In this document: positions 7,577 to 17,228 of the stretch, in pieces | Layout of the letters: each line of letters begins with the position of its first letter | Position numbering within the stretch: the first letter of the stretch is position 1 | Position numbers and translations under genes: made by a program | The notes under the pieces: model-generated | Database searches by the model: none | Seen by the model: the letters and a program-made list of their open reading frames with translations, nothing else | What the model was told of the DNA's origin: nothing | From: Deltaproteobacteria bacterium | GTDB lineage: Bacteria; Myxococcota; Kuafuiibacteriia; Kuafuiibacteriales; Kuafuiibacteriaceae | Direction of reading: 5' to 3' | Length of the DNA: 28,893 nucleotides | Assembly: GCA_040218735.1 (NCBI GenBank) | Contig: JAVJQW010000031.1 | Span: 1 to 28,893 of the forward strand

Positions 7577-9241
7577 TCAGCGGCGGCGGCGACGCATGAG
7601 CAGGCCGAACCCACACAGCGCGAGCGCCGCGATGGACAGGCCCGCCGAACGCTGCGTGGACGTCTCCTCGCAGCCGCAGCCGGACAGGTCGTTGATCTCG
7701 TTGTGGCGCTGCAGGAGGTCACCGATCTCGTTCGAATTGTCGCGCACCACGCGGTCCTCCGCGAGCTGCTCGACGCGCTCGGCGGCCGGCATCGCGTCGA
7801 TGACCGACATGTCCGGCTCGAACGACGAGTCGTAGTAGATGGAGCGACCGTCCTCGAGGATGATCTGCACACCCGCATCGCCCGGCGCGCCGCCGAGGCC
7901 GCAGTACATGATCATCTTCGCCGAGTGCACGTTCGAGACGTCGTCGAGGTCCTTGCGATACGTGAACTGCGGATCGAGCGTCATCTCCTTGGGGTCGAGC
8001 AGCGTGAACAGACGCGTGAAGTAGTCGTTGCGCGTCATGAGCTCCTGCGCGCGACGGTCGGGCGCGAGCACCTTCTCGTCGATCTCGTCGATGAGCGCCT
8101 GCGGGTCCTCGATCAACGTCCCGCGGAACTGCTCCGAGCCGCAACCTGCGTTGCAGTCGGCGATCGCCGGGAAGTGCGACTCCAGGATCGAGCGCACACC
8201 GGGGCGACGCAAGATGCCTTGCTCCTGGAGCGCGTTCAGGAAGTCGGCGAGGTCACGAAGCGAAGCGAAGGCCGAGAGGTTGATCTGCGTGGGGTCGTAG
8301 ACCATGCCGTCGAAGATGTCCGGCGACCCGGCGTACTCGGTCACGAACGCGTGGCCCTGGTCGGCCTCGTCGACCGCGCGCGAGATGACGTCGCGGTAGT
8401 TGGCGCCCCAGTTGATCCAGTCGATCTTCAGGAGGTTCGGCTTCACGTGGAAGAAGTTCTGCGGAATCGCGCGGCCCTCATCGGAGAAGACGTACGCGGT
8501 GATCGGCATGTCCGTGTTCGCGGCCATCGCCGTCATGCGGATCGGGATGCACGCCTCGAGGTCCGGCTTGGCCTCCGACGCGGTCATCTTCACCTCGATG
8601 GGCGTGATCTCGCCGACGTCCTTGTCGTTGAGGAGCTTCAGCGCCACGAGGGTGTCGCCCTGCGCGAGGTACGGCGTGACCATGTCCATCATCTCGTCGG
8701 TCACGCGGAAGCCGTTCTCGACGAGCCACCCCTGCACCGCCTCGGGGTCTCGGCCCTCGAGCACCACGGTGTCGTACGGCCCGACCTCCTTGCGCTCGAT
8801 GACTTCGACGCCGCTGTTGCGGTTCGCCGGCGGCTGCGGTCCACCACCCGCCGAGGCGTCCTCGGCCTGGCTCGCGAGCCAGACCTGATCGTCACACGAA
8901 CCGACTGTCTCCCACTCCGTGATGTTGAACTGCGGCGCGGTGAGCCCCTGCGCCGTGAGGAATGCCTGACGCGACCCGACCTCGATCGACTGAGGCGCGG
9001 TCTGCAGCGGGAGCACCCAAGCGAACTCCTCGGCGCTGCCCTGGTAGACGATGTTGATGATGGCGGTGACGTCCTTCCCGCCCTCGGTCACCTCGAAGAT
9101 GATGGCCTCTTCGGCCTGGTTGACGGGGGTGTTGGCGCAGAAGAGGCCGCCGCAGGCTTCGGCGGGGGTGGGGGTCAGGGCGCTGAACGTGAGCGCAGCG
9201 GTGGAGGACAGGAGCAGTGCGGCGTTCTTTCGCAGGATCAT
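7577..9241 (-). CDS. DUF2330 domain protein with MYXO-CTERM-like sorting tail
   Basis: Signal peptide then ACGGLFC; YQGSAEEFAWVLP, VGPYD, WLVENGF, IPIRMTA, FVTEYAG; C-terminus GCGC...hydrophobic...RRRRR. Confidence 0.9.
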   Translation of the reverse strand: MILRKNAALLLSSTAALTFSALTPTPAEACGGLFCANTPVNQAEEAIIFEVTEGGKDVTAIINIVYQGSAEEFAWVLPLQTAPQSIEVGSRQAFLTAQGLTAPQFNITEWETVGSCDDQVWLASQAEDASAGGGPQPPANRNSGVEVIERKEVGPYDTVVLEGRDPEAVQGWLVENGFRVTDEMMDMVTPYLAQGDTLVALKLLNDKDVGEITPIEVKMTASEAKPDLEACIPIRMTAMAANTDMPITAYVFSDEGRAIPQNFFHVKPNLLKIDWINWGANYRDVISRAVDEADQGHAFVTEYAGSPDIFDGMVYDPTQINLSAFASLRDLADFLNALQEQGILRRPGVRSILESHFPAIADCNAGCGSEQFRGTLIEDPQALIDEIDEKVLAPDRRAQELMTRNDYFTRLFTLLDPKEMTLDPQFTYRKDLDDVSNVHSAKMIMYCGLGGAPGDAGVQIILEDGRSIYYDSSFEPDMSVIDAMPAAERVEQLAEDRVVRDNSNEIGDLLQRHNEINDLSGCGCEETSTQRSAGLSIAALALCGFGLLMRRRRR

Positions 9242-9385
9242 CGGGCGGTTCGATTAGCAGGCGGCGGGCCAAGCTGCGCGTTCCCCTGAAAGGCTCGCGT
9301 TCGCGGGCCCCTGCGCCCCGCGTTCTCGGGCCGCGCCTCAGTCCTGCGGAGAGGAGAGCCGCGCCGCCCTCAAAAGTCTGAGCCC

Positions 9386-10693
9386 TCAGCGCGCGCCGGG
9401 GACGCTCATGCTCTGCACGACGTACACGGTGTTGACCGTGGTGACGAACAGCGAGGTCAGCGTCCGGTCCACGAACGCGACGTTCGAAGCCGGGTCGGGC
9501 GTCGAGATGACGCCGTAGTACGTACCGTCCGGCCCGAACACCTCGACCCCGGCGTTGGCGGCCACGTAGACGTTGCCGAGGCTGTCGACCGTGATGCCCT
9601 GCGGCGCGCCGCTCACCGAACGCGCGAAGGCCGTCTCCGTCGACAGCGCGCCGTCGGTCGCGACGTCGAAGGCGTAGATCAACCCGTCGATCCGATCCGA
9701 CATGTAGAGCCGACTCTCGTCCGGCGACAGCTCCAACCCGCAGGGCTCGAACGAATCGAGCCCCTCCCACTCCGCGACCGGGGCGCCCATCCCCATCGGG
9801 ATCCTGAACAGCCCGACGAAGTCGAGCTCGCGCGCCGCCTCCATCGTGTTGAAGCCCGGGTCGGTGAAGTAGAGCGTCCCGTCGGTGCGACGCACGACGT
9901 CCTGCGGACCGTTGAGCGCGGAGCCCTCGTAGGCCTGCGCGATCGTCTGCGCACCCTGCAGCGTGAGGTTCGCGACGGAGCGGTCCGTGCTCAACGCGAC
10001 GACCAGGTTCCCCATCGCGTCGACCGCGAGGCCGGCCGGACCGCCGGGGAGGTTGAGCACCTCCATCGGCATGCCCGGGAGCATCGCCTGGTACATGCGG
10101 TCCTGCCGGCTGTCCGTGAACAAGACCGCAGCGGCGGCCGCGTTCCACACCGGAGCGTTGGCCCCGGCGTAACCGAACGCCAAGGGCTGGGCCGTCTCGG
10201 CGCCGGTCAACGGCCCCATGCCGCCGTCCATCCCCGTGCACATCCCTCCGTCACACCCGCCGGACGTGGGGCCCTGCGGCCCGCCGCGGTCCGCCCAGGC
10301 GACGATGATCGCGATCTCGTCCTCCGTCAGCATCGCCTGCCCGGCGGGGGGCATCGGCGAGGCGGTCGACGCCACGCGGATCGCCATGCGCTCGTAGACG
10401 GTGCCGCCGTTCGGTGACGCGGCCGCGACGTTGGCGTAGGTGACCAGGCTGAGCGGCGCGCCCTGCTGGAGCATCGTGCCGTGGCACATCAGGCAGCGCC
10501 GCGCGACGATCGGCTGCACGTCGACCTGCCAGTTGACGTCGGCGAGGTCCGGGTCGAGGCACTGGCCGTCGATGCACGCGAGGCCACCGCCGCACTCGTC
10601 CGCCCCGAAGCAGTCGGGGTTGCTGCGGCACGCCGTCGCGGCGGCCAGCACGGCGGCGATACACGCGGCCCGCATCATCATCCGATCTACCAT
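9386..10693 (-). CDS. Lipoprotein: cytochrome c domain fused to SMP-30/gluconolactonase beta-propeller
   Basis: Lipobox ATAC; Cys-rich repeat; DVQPIV..RCLMCH ... MPP; DGTLYFTDPG, LSPDESRLY, VDSLGNVYVA, SNVAF. The start may be a few codons downstream. Confidence 0.85.
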   Translation of the reverse strand: MVDRMMMRAACIAAVLAAATACRSNPDCFGADECGGGLACIDGQCLDPDLADVNWQVDVQPIVARRCLMCHGTMLQQGAPLSLVTYANVAAASPNGGTVYERMAIRVASTASPMPPAGQAMLTEDEIAIIVAWADRGGPQGPTSGGCDGGMCTGMDGGMGPLTGAETAQPLAFGYAGANAPVWNAAAAAVLFTDSRQDRMYQAMLPGMPMEVLNLPGGPAGLAVDAMGNLVVALSTDRSVANLTLQGAQTIAQAYEGSALNGPQDVVRRTDGTLYFTDPGFNTMEAARELDFVGLFRIPMGMGAPVAEWEGLDSFEPCGLELSPDESRLYMSDRIDGLIYAFDVATDGALSTETAFARSVSGAPQGITVDSLGNVYVAANAGVEVFGPDGTYYGVISTPDPASNVAFVDRTLTSLFVTTVNTVYVVQSMSVPGAR

Positions 10694-13179
10694 CGGTACA
10701 TCATCCCGGTCGGGAGAATCGTGAAGCCCTCACCCTCGTAGTACGTGTCCAGGTAGTAGTCGCCGGACGGCTCGGCCGGATCCGCGATGAAGAGCCACGC
10801 CGCGACCGCCAGCCCCGCGAGCGAGACGGTGTACGCACCGACCGACATCAAGCTCCACCGGAACGCCTCGTTGTCCAACGAACGAATCGGCGCGGAGTTC
10901 GCGGGCATGGGGTTGTCGGCGAGGAGCTGGTCGCGCTCCGACGTCGCGTTGAAGTGCGCGAGCAAGTACACGGTGCCGGCCACCGCGCTGACCAGGCCCG
11001 TCGCGCCCGAGAGCACCATCGCGGGCTGCGCGGCGTCCTCGATCGGGATGTCGCTGACCGCGGTCATGACCAGCGCGGTCCCCGCGCCCGCGAACGCGAG
11101 CGTGAACCCGAGCGTCGACCCGATGCTGTGCCGGTACGCGGCGTTGTCGAGGTCGCGCGCGGGCGTCCCGTCCGCGAGGTTGGCCTCCGCCGCGAGGAGC
11201 AAGTCGCGGTTGCCGGCGGTCTGCAGGTACAAGCCGCTGAACAACCACCCCAACGCGATGCCCGTGGCTCCGACCGTCCCGGCTGTCCACACCCCGACGT
11301 TCGAGACCGGCTCCAGGTCGGTGTCGGTCCCCGGCCCCACGAAGGGCGGCGGAGGTGGGGGCGGAGGAGGCGGCGGGCCCCCGACGATCGCGTTGCCGTT
11401 GTTCGGCGGACCCGCGGGAGGGCCCGACGGAGGTGGCGCGTTGGCCGCGGTCGTCGCGCCCTTGGGGGCGTCGTCCCACCAGCGTGTGTTCCGCTCCGCG
11501 AACGCGAGCAGCGCGTCGTGTTTCGGCGTCACACGACGGGGCTGATCGATATATTCGATGGAACCTTCGCGCCCGCTCTCGTCGAACGGCGTCGCGAACG
11601 ACGCGTGGGTGAACAGCTCTCCGCCGGAGCGACGCCAGCCGTCGAGCAAGGAGGCGTAGACCTGGCCGATCCCACGGTCTCGGTTGGCTGCGTTCAGGCG
11701 CGAAGCGAGCGCTTCGTCGCGGCGTAGCCCGGCGGGGGCGACGAGGTCCTGGCCTCCGTCGTACGCGGCGAGCCCCACGCCGTAGCGCGACGCGACGCGC
11801 GCGCTGGAGCGGACGTTCTCCAGCACCTTCGGCACCCGCTCGAGCAGCTGCTCGACGAGCCACTTCACGCTCTGACGACGGATCGTCGCGGCGTTCTGCG
11901 TCGTGACGAAGTCCGAGCCGACCAGCGCGTCGATCGCGAGCAGGTCGATGCGCTCCGCGGCGCGGTCGAAGCCGAGGAGACGCTCGTGCTCGGCGCCCGC
12001 CCCGGCGCGACTGCCGATCACCCGGATGACACGCGGGTCGTCCTCGAAGATGCGCGCGAACATGTCGAACACCTCGAGGGAGCGCTGCGACTGGTAGTAC
12101 AGACGCGCGAGTGAGGCGTCCTGTTCGAGGTTGCGGAAGCGGCCCTCCCGCTGCGCGTGGGCGAACGGAGCGGAGCCCGGGCGCCAGACCTCCGACGCGT
12201 ACTCGATGTAGACCTTCAGGTCCTCGTCGAGGTTCGCGCGGATCAGCTTCGCGAGCGCTTCGACGAACTCGTCGTCCGCGGCGTACGGCACCGTGATCCA
12301 CGCGTCCGCGCCGACCGCGTTGGCGAGCTGGATCATGTACTCGTACGCGACGCCGTGTTCGCCGGTCTGGCGTGCGTCCTTGTACTGCGTGCGATCTTCC
12401 CACCGCACGATCGGCGAGGTCGTCGCCTTGCCCCAGTCCGCGAACCGCAGCACCGAGAACTTCGTCAGGCGCCGCACGAAGAGCGGGTGGAACGGGTCGC
12501 GGTCCGCGCTCGACTCCAGCGACTCGGGGACGATGCGGATGTTGCGCACGTTGTCGGACGGGTTGGTCGCCTCGACGACGACGCGCATCCGCGCGTACGG
12601 CTTCGCTTCGACGAGGAGACGTCCGTCGCCCTCGCCCAACGTCTTCACCCCCTCGACGGAGAGGATCCCGCGCCCGTCGTACAGCACGACCATGCGACCG
12701 CCGTAGAGCGTCGGCACCTCGGCGACGGCGCGCTGGCCGTAGTCGAGCGCCTGCACCCAACCGTCGGGGTCGAGGTGCACGAGGTTGTTGTCCGCGCGGT
12801 TCTTCCGATCGCGCGACTGCCACGGCCCGGCGAAGCGGAACGCGTTGAGGAACGCCCAGTCGCGTGAGTCGAGCGTCGGCGCGGCGAGGTTCGTTGCGAT
12901 CGGCGAGCTCGCGCCGGGTTTGCCGCGGCGCCGAGAGCCCGGGAGGACGCGACGCTCCGGCTTCACCCGCTTCTTCGGCTTCCGCCGGCCGGCGGTGGGC
13001 TGGTCGCCCGTACCGAACCACAGCGGCGTCGCGTCACCACCCTTCGGAGGCGGCGGCGTGACGGCGACCGGCGGCGCCGGCCCCCGCCGTCGACGACGAC
13101 GCGAGCTCGCGCAGCTCGCGAGCAACGCGGCCGCGAGAACGAGTACGATCGCGGATGTCGAACGGTGACCCAGACGCAT
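10687..13179 (-). CDS. Lipoprotein with a clan GH-A-like (cellulose-binding/glycoside hydrolase-like) domain, Pro linker and C-terminal hydrophobic helices
   Basis: Signal MRLGHR...LLASC; FHPLF, LRFADW, GVAYEYMIQLAN, DAWITVP, LKVYIEYASEVW, AYDGGQ; poly-Pro linker; four hydrophobic segments. Confidence 0.75.
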   Translation of the reverse strand: MRLGHRSTSAIVLVLAAALLASCASSRRRRRRGPAPPVAVTPPPPKGGDATPLWFGTGDQPTAGRRKPKKRVKPERRVLPGSRRRGKPGASSPIATNLAAPTLDSRDWAFLNAFRFAGPWQSRDRKNRADNNLVHLDPDGWVQALDYGQRAVAEVPTLYGGRMVVLYDGRGILSVEGVKTLGEGDGRLLVEAKPYARMRVVVEATNPSDNVRNIRIVPESLESSADRDPFHPLFVRRLTKFSVLRFADWGKATTSPIVRWEDRTQYKDARQTGEHGVAYEYMIQLANAVGADAWITVPYAADDEFVEALAKLIRANLDEDLKVYIEYASEVWRPGSAPFAHAQREGRFRNLEQDASLARLYYQSQRSLEVFDMFARIFEDDPRVIRVIGSRAGAGAEHERLLGFDRAAERIDLLAIDALVGSDFVTTQNAATIRRQSVKWLVEQLLERVPKVLENVRSSARVASRYGVGLAAYDGGQDLVAPAGLRRDEALASRLNAANRDRGIGQVYASLLDGWRRSGGELFTHASFATPFDESGREGSIEYIDQPRRVTPKHDALLAFAERNTRWWDDAPKGATTAANAPPPSGPPAGPPNNGNAIVGGPPPPPPPPPPPFVGPGTDTDLEPVSNVGVWTAGTVGATGIALGWLFSGLYLQTAGNRDLLLAAEANLADGTPARDLDNAAYRHSIGSTLGFTLAFAGAGTALVMTAVSDIPIEDAAQPAMVLSGATGLVSAVAGTVYLLAHFNATSERDQLLADNPMPANSAPIRSLDNEAFRWSLMSVGAYTVSLAGLAVAAWLFIADPAEPSGDYYLDTYYEGEGFTILPTGMMYRW

Positions 13180-13296
13180 GGCGAACGCCGTCTTCCGAAT
13201 AGCGAGAATACCGGATCGGGTAAAGCGCGTCTTCCGTCGGAGCCCACGCCGTCCTCGACTTCGCTGAAGGCGCGTGCAAGGCTCTTTTCGTACGCG

Positions 13297-14328
13297 ATGT
13301 GGCGCCGCTTCCGTCCCTACGTGCGCGACCTGGTGGGTGACGTCCTCTATGCGTCGCGTCTGACGCGCCCCGCGCGAGCGGCCCGCGGGCTGCTGACGGT
13401 GGTCACTTTTCACCGCGTTCTGCCGCCGGAGCACTTCGAGGCGTATCCGCTGCGTGAGATCGCGGTGACGACCGACGAGTTCGAGTGGTTCGTCGCGTTC
13501 TTCGGGCGCCACTACACGATCCTCCCCCTCCCGGAGGCCTACCGGCGGTGGAACGCCTACGAGCGCACCGCGCGGCCGCTGCTGGCCATCACGTTCGACG
13601 ACGGTCAGCTCGACAACTTCCTGCACGCGTGCCCCATCCTGGAACGCGCGGGGGTGCGCGGGAGCTTCTACGTCCCCGTCGACGCGATCGAGGAGGACGG
13701 CACGCTCTGGCACGACCGCCTCGCCTACGCCGCGGACGGGCTGCTCAAGAAGGACGCCTCCACGGCGCGCGCGATGTTCTCGGAGATCGGCGTGACGAAC
13801 GATCCCGACGATCACGCGACGGTGGTGACAACCGTCGAGCGCGTGAAGTCGCTGCCGACCGAGGAGCGCCTCGACTTCGTCGCGCGGATGGAGAAGGCGC
13901 TGCCGGGTCCGGTGCGTCCAGAGTGGGACGGGATGATGTCGTGGGCGCAGCTGAAGACGATGGCCGACGCGGGGCACGAGATCGGGTCGCACTCGATGTC
14001 GCACCAGATCCTCCCGCTGCTCGACGACGCCGCGCTGACGAACGAGATCCACACGTCGCGCGCCGTGCTCGAGGAGAAGCTCGACCGTCCGATTCAGACC
14101 TTCTGTTATCCGAACGGTGACTACGACGATCGCACCCTCGCGGGCGTACGTGCGGAGGGGTACCGGCTCGGCGTCACGACGAAGTGGGGCCCGAACGGTG
14201 ACGGCGCAAATCCGTACGAGCTGCACCGCGTCGACGTGCAGGGCCAGCATGCCCGCACGACGGCCGGCGCGATGTCCGAGCCGCGAATGACTTGGCGTAT
14301 GTCGCGGTACTTCTCGGGGCCCAACTGA
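13297..14328 (+). CDS. Polysaccharide deacetylase (CE4/NodB)
   Basis: FHRV, ITFDDG, IGSHSMSH, FCYPNG motifs. Start uncertain (13297 chosen). Confidence 0.92.
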   Translation: MWRRFRPYVRDLVGDVLYASRLTRPARAARGLLTVVTFHRVLPPEHFEAYPLREIAVTTDEFEWFVAFFGRHYTILPLPEAYRRWNAYERTARPLLAITFDDGQLDNFLHACPILERAGVRGSFYVPVDAIEEDGTLWHDRLAYAADGLLKKDASTARAMFSEIGVTNDPDDHATVVTTVERVKSLPTEERLDFVARMEKALPGPVRPEWDGMMSWAQLKTMADAGHEIGSHSMSHQILPLLDDAALTNEIHTSRAVLEEKLDRPIQTFCYPNGDYDDRTLAGVRAEGYRLGVTTKWGPNGDGANPYELHRVDVQGQHARTTAGAMSEPRMTWRMSRYFSGPN

Positions 14329-15527
14329 TGGCAAAGCGCATCGGCTACCTCATCAGCCAGTACCCTGCGCCCTCGCACACGTTCATCCGTCGCGAGATCG
14401 ACGCGATCCGGCGCGCGGGTCTGGACATCGAGACGTTCTCGATTCGCCGCCCGCCCGACGACGAGATCCTGTCCGACCGCGACGCGCAGGATCGCGACGA
14501 GACGTTCTACGTCCTCCCCGCGTCGCCGTTGAGGTTGCTGCGCACCAACGTGCGTCAGCTCGTGCGGCGGCCGGGGCGGTACCTCGACACACTGAAGGCG
14601 TCGCTCGAACACCGCGTGCCGGGCACGCGCTCGCTGGTGTGGGCGCTGTTCTACTTCCTGGAGGGGATGCGGCTGTCGCGTGAGCTCGAGGACCGCGGCG
14701 TCGACCACCTCCACGATCACTTCGCGAACCCCGCGGCGCACGCCGGGTTCGCGGCGGTGCGGTACCTCGGGATCGGGTGGAGCCTCACGCTTCACGGCCT
14801 GTCGGACTTCGACTACCCGGGTGGGTTGCTGCTCGAAGACAAGATCAAGGCGGCGCGTTTCGTCGCGTGTGTGACGCACTTCGGGCGGGCGCAGGCGATG
14901 CGCCTGTCGGACCCCGGGCTGTGGGAGAAGCTGTTCATCTCGCGCTGTGGGATCGAGCTCGACAAGTTCCCGGAGCGCGACACGAGTGACGGGCGCTTGC
15001 GCTTCGTGTGTGTCGGTCGGCTGTCACCGGAGAAGGGTCAGCTCGGTTTGCTCGACGCGTTCAAGCGCGCCGTCGACCAGGGCCTGGACGCGGAGCTGAC
15101 GCTCGTCGGCGACGGGCCGGATCAGACGCGCGTCGAGGAGCGCATCCAGGCGCACGGCCTCCAAGACCGCATCAAGATGCCGGGGCGCATGGCGGAGGCC
15201 GACGCGCTGATGGCGATCGCGCGGAGCGACGTCATGGTCCTCGCCAGTTTCATGGAGGGCCTGCCGGTGGTGTTGATGGAGGCGCTCGCGCTGGAGATCC
15301 CGGTCATCGCGCCGTGCATCGCGGGCATCCCGGAGCTCGTCGAAGACGAGGTCACCGGCCTGCTCTTCCCCGCCGGCGACTGGGACGCGCTCGCAGAGCA
15401 GCTCGTTCGTCTCGGCGGTGACGCCGAGCTGCGGACGAAGCTCGGGCGCGCCGGTCACCAACGCATCATCGAAGAGTTCGACATCGACCGGGCGGTTCGC
15501 CCCCTGGTCGAGCACTTCCGACGTTAG
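14328..15527 (+). CDS. GT4 glycosyltransferase (WcaL-like)
   Basis: YLISQYPAPSHTFIRREI, VGRLSPEKG, EGLPVVLMEA. TGATG coupling to the deacetylase. Confidence 0.93.
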   Translation: MAKRIGYLISQYPAPSHTFIRREIDAIRRAGLDIETFSIRRPPDDEILSDRDAQDRDETFYVLPASPLRLLRTNVRQLVRRPGRYLDTLKASLEHRVPGTRSLVWALFYFLEGMRLSRELEDRGVDHLHDHFANPAAHAGFAAVRYLGIGWSLTLHGLSDFDYPGGLLLEDKIKAARFVACVTHFGRAQAMRLSDPGLWEKLFISRCGIELDKFPERDTSDGRLRFVCVGRLSPEKGQLGLLDAFKRAVDQGLDAELTLVGDGPDQTRVEERIQAHGLQDRIKMPGRMAEADALMAIARSDVMVLASFMEGLPVVLMEALALEIPVIAPCIAGIPELVEDEVTGLLFPAGDWDALAEQLVRLGGDAELRTKLGRAGHQRIIEEFDIDRAVRPLVEHFRR

Positions 15528-16390
15528 CGCCGGCGGACGACGTAGCAGTACTCGTGTTGGTACGGCACGGTGAGGGTGTCGTCCATGTCGAGGTCCGCGT
15601 CCGCGAACCAACCGCGGATGCGCTTCACGCGCGGGTAGACCGGGTCGAACGGGCGCACGATGACGCGCCCGACCCACGGGTACACGAGCATGTTCGCGAA
15701 CATCGCGCCCTCGCGGATGAACTGCTGCGGACGGCGGAAGGTGAACACGCGTGACGACAGCTCGGTGACGTAGCCGCGCAGATCCGACAGCGTGAAGATC
15801 GCCATGCCGCCGGGGCGGAGCACCCGACTGACTTCGTGAAGGACGCGCTGAATGTTCATGTACTGCAGCGCGCCGAGGCACACGATGATGTCGAAGCTGT
15901 CGTCGTCGAACGGCATCCGCTCGGCGCCGCTGTGCACGGTCTTCGGCGTCGGCACTTTGGAGAGCTCGGCCCAGATGGGCGTGAACTGCAGGTAGATCGG
16001 CTCGACCTCGAGGCCGACGACCGACTTGCACATGGTCTGGAACGAGAAGAGGTTCGTCCCGCAGCCGCAGCCGATCGAGAGGAGGTCCTTGCCTTCGAAG
16101 TGCTCCGCGCGGAGGACCGGGAGCTGCTCCCAGTCGTGGACCTTTCGGTCGCGTGCGTTCCAATTGACGAGCTCGCGGATCGGGTCACCCATCTTCCAGC
16201 CGAGCTTCGTCGCGAAGTGACCGCGATCGATCCAGCCGAGCTCCTCCGCGAGCGCGAGGACCTCGTCCGAGAAGTCCCCCTTCGGACGACCGCCGGTGGT
16301 GAGGCGGTGCATCAGCTCCATGAGCGAAGCCCCGTGGGGGCCCGTCAGCGCGGCCGTTACGGCCCCGAGCTCGTCCGGCGTCAGCGACAT
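15524..16390 (-). CDS. Class I SAM-dependent methyltransferase
   Basis: LLSIGCGCG, VVGLE, AERMPFDDDSFDII, EVSRVLRPGG. Alternative start at 16405. Confidence 0.88.
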   Translation of the reverse strand: MSLTPDELGAVTAALTGPHGASLMELMHRLTTGGRPKGDFSDEVLALAEELGWIDRGHFATKLGWKMGDPIRELVNWNARDRKVHDWEQLPVLRAEHFEGKDLLSIGCGCGTNLFSFQTMCKSVVGLEVEPIYLQFTPIWAELSKVPTPKTVHSGAERMPFDDDSFDIIVCLGALQYMNIQRVLHEVSRVLRPGGMAIFTLSDLRGYVTELSSRVFTFRRPQQFIREGAMFANMLVYPWVGRVIVRPFDPVYPRVKRIRGWFADADLDMDDTLTVPYQHEYCYVVRRR

Positions 16391-16463
16391 GCGCGGTCCG
16401 TCCATGCCGCGCTTCGACCGAGGAGTAAAGGATGACGTCGCACATGCGATACGTTGTCTCGTC

Positions 16464-17228
16464 ATGACGCGTAACTCGTGGGTGCTCCTCTCGTTGACCC
16501 TGGTCGCCGGCGGTGTCGCCGCCTGGTGGTTCCTCGGGCGCGGCGCGGACGTCGTGCCGTCCGCGCCCGAGCCTTCGCCGCCGCCCGTGGTCGCGGCGGA
16601 GCCTGTGGTGCTCGACGCGGGGGTCGAGGAGGACGAAGCGCCGCCGCGCTCGGGCCCGACCGGGGAGGTGCGATTGCGCGAAGACCTCGCGGAGCGGCTC
16701 GCCGGTTCCTCCGGCGCGGCGTGGGTCGCGGCGCCGGGGCTGTTGCAGCGGCTTACGGCGGCGGTGTGGTTGGTGTCGCAGGGCCGTAGCCCGCGCGCGG
16801 TGCTCGGGTTCGTCTCGGTCACCGGTGACTTCGAGGTCGACGAAACGTCGAAGATCGATGACCCGATCTGGATGTCGGAGAAGAGCTACCGGCGCTACGA
16901 CCGCATCGTCGAAGCGCTGGACAAGGTCGGCCCGACCTCGGCCGCGAAGATCTACCGCGCGACGAAGCAGAGCTTCACGCGCGAGTTCCGACAGGTCGCG
17001 AGCGACGGCGAGAGCTTCGACGCAGTGCTGCGCAAGGCGATCGATCACCTGCTGGAGGTCGACGTCCCCGACGAGCGAATCGAAGTGAAGGTGAAGGGCG
17101 GGATCTTCGTCTACGCCGACCCGAAGCTCGAAGGCCTGAGCGACGCCCAGAAACACCTCGTCCGCATGGGCCCCAAGAACGCGAAGGCCGCGCAGGACTT
17201 CCTGACCGCGTTTTCCGAGTCGCTCTAG
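16464..17228 (+). CDS. DUF3014 domain protein
   Basis: N-terminal membrane anchor, Pro linker, SYRRYD, YADPKLEGLSDAQKHLVRMGPKNA signature. Confidence 0.9.
   Translation: MTRNSWVLLSLTLVAGGVAAWWFLGRGADVVPSAPEPSPPPVVAAEPVVLDAGVEEDEAPPRSGPTGEVRLREDLAERLAGSSGAAWVAAPGLLQRLTAAVWLVSQGRSPRAVLGFVSVTGDFEVDETSKIDDPIWMSEKSYRRYDRIVEALDKVGPTSAAKIYRATKQSFTREFRQVASDGESFDAVLRKAIDHLLEVDVPDERIEVKVKGGIFVYADPKLEGLSDAQKHLVRMGPKNAKAAQDFLTAFSESL

Noticed and set aside
13180-14334. N-terminal extension of the 1215-aa ORF
   Set aside because: Antisense to the deacetylase; the signal peptide begins at 13179.
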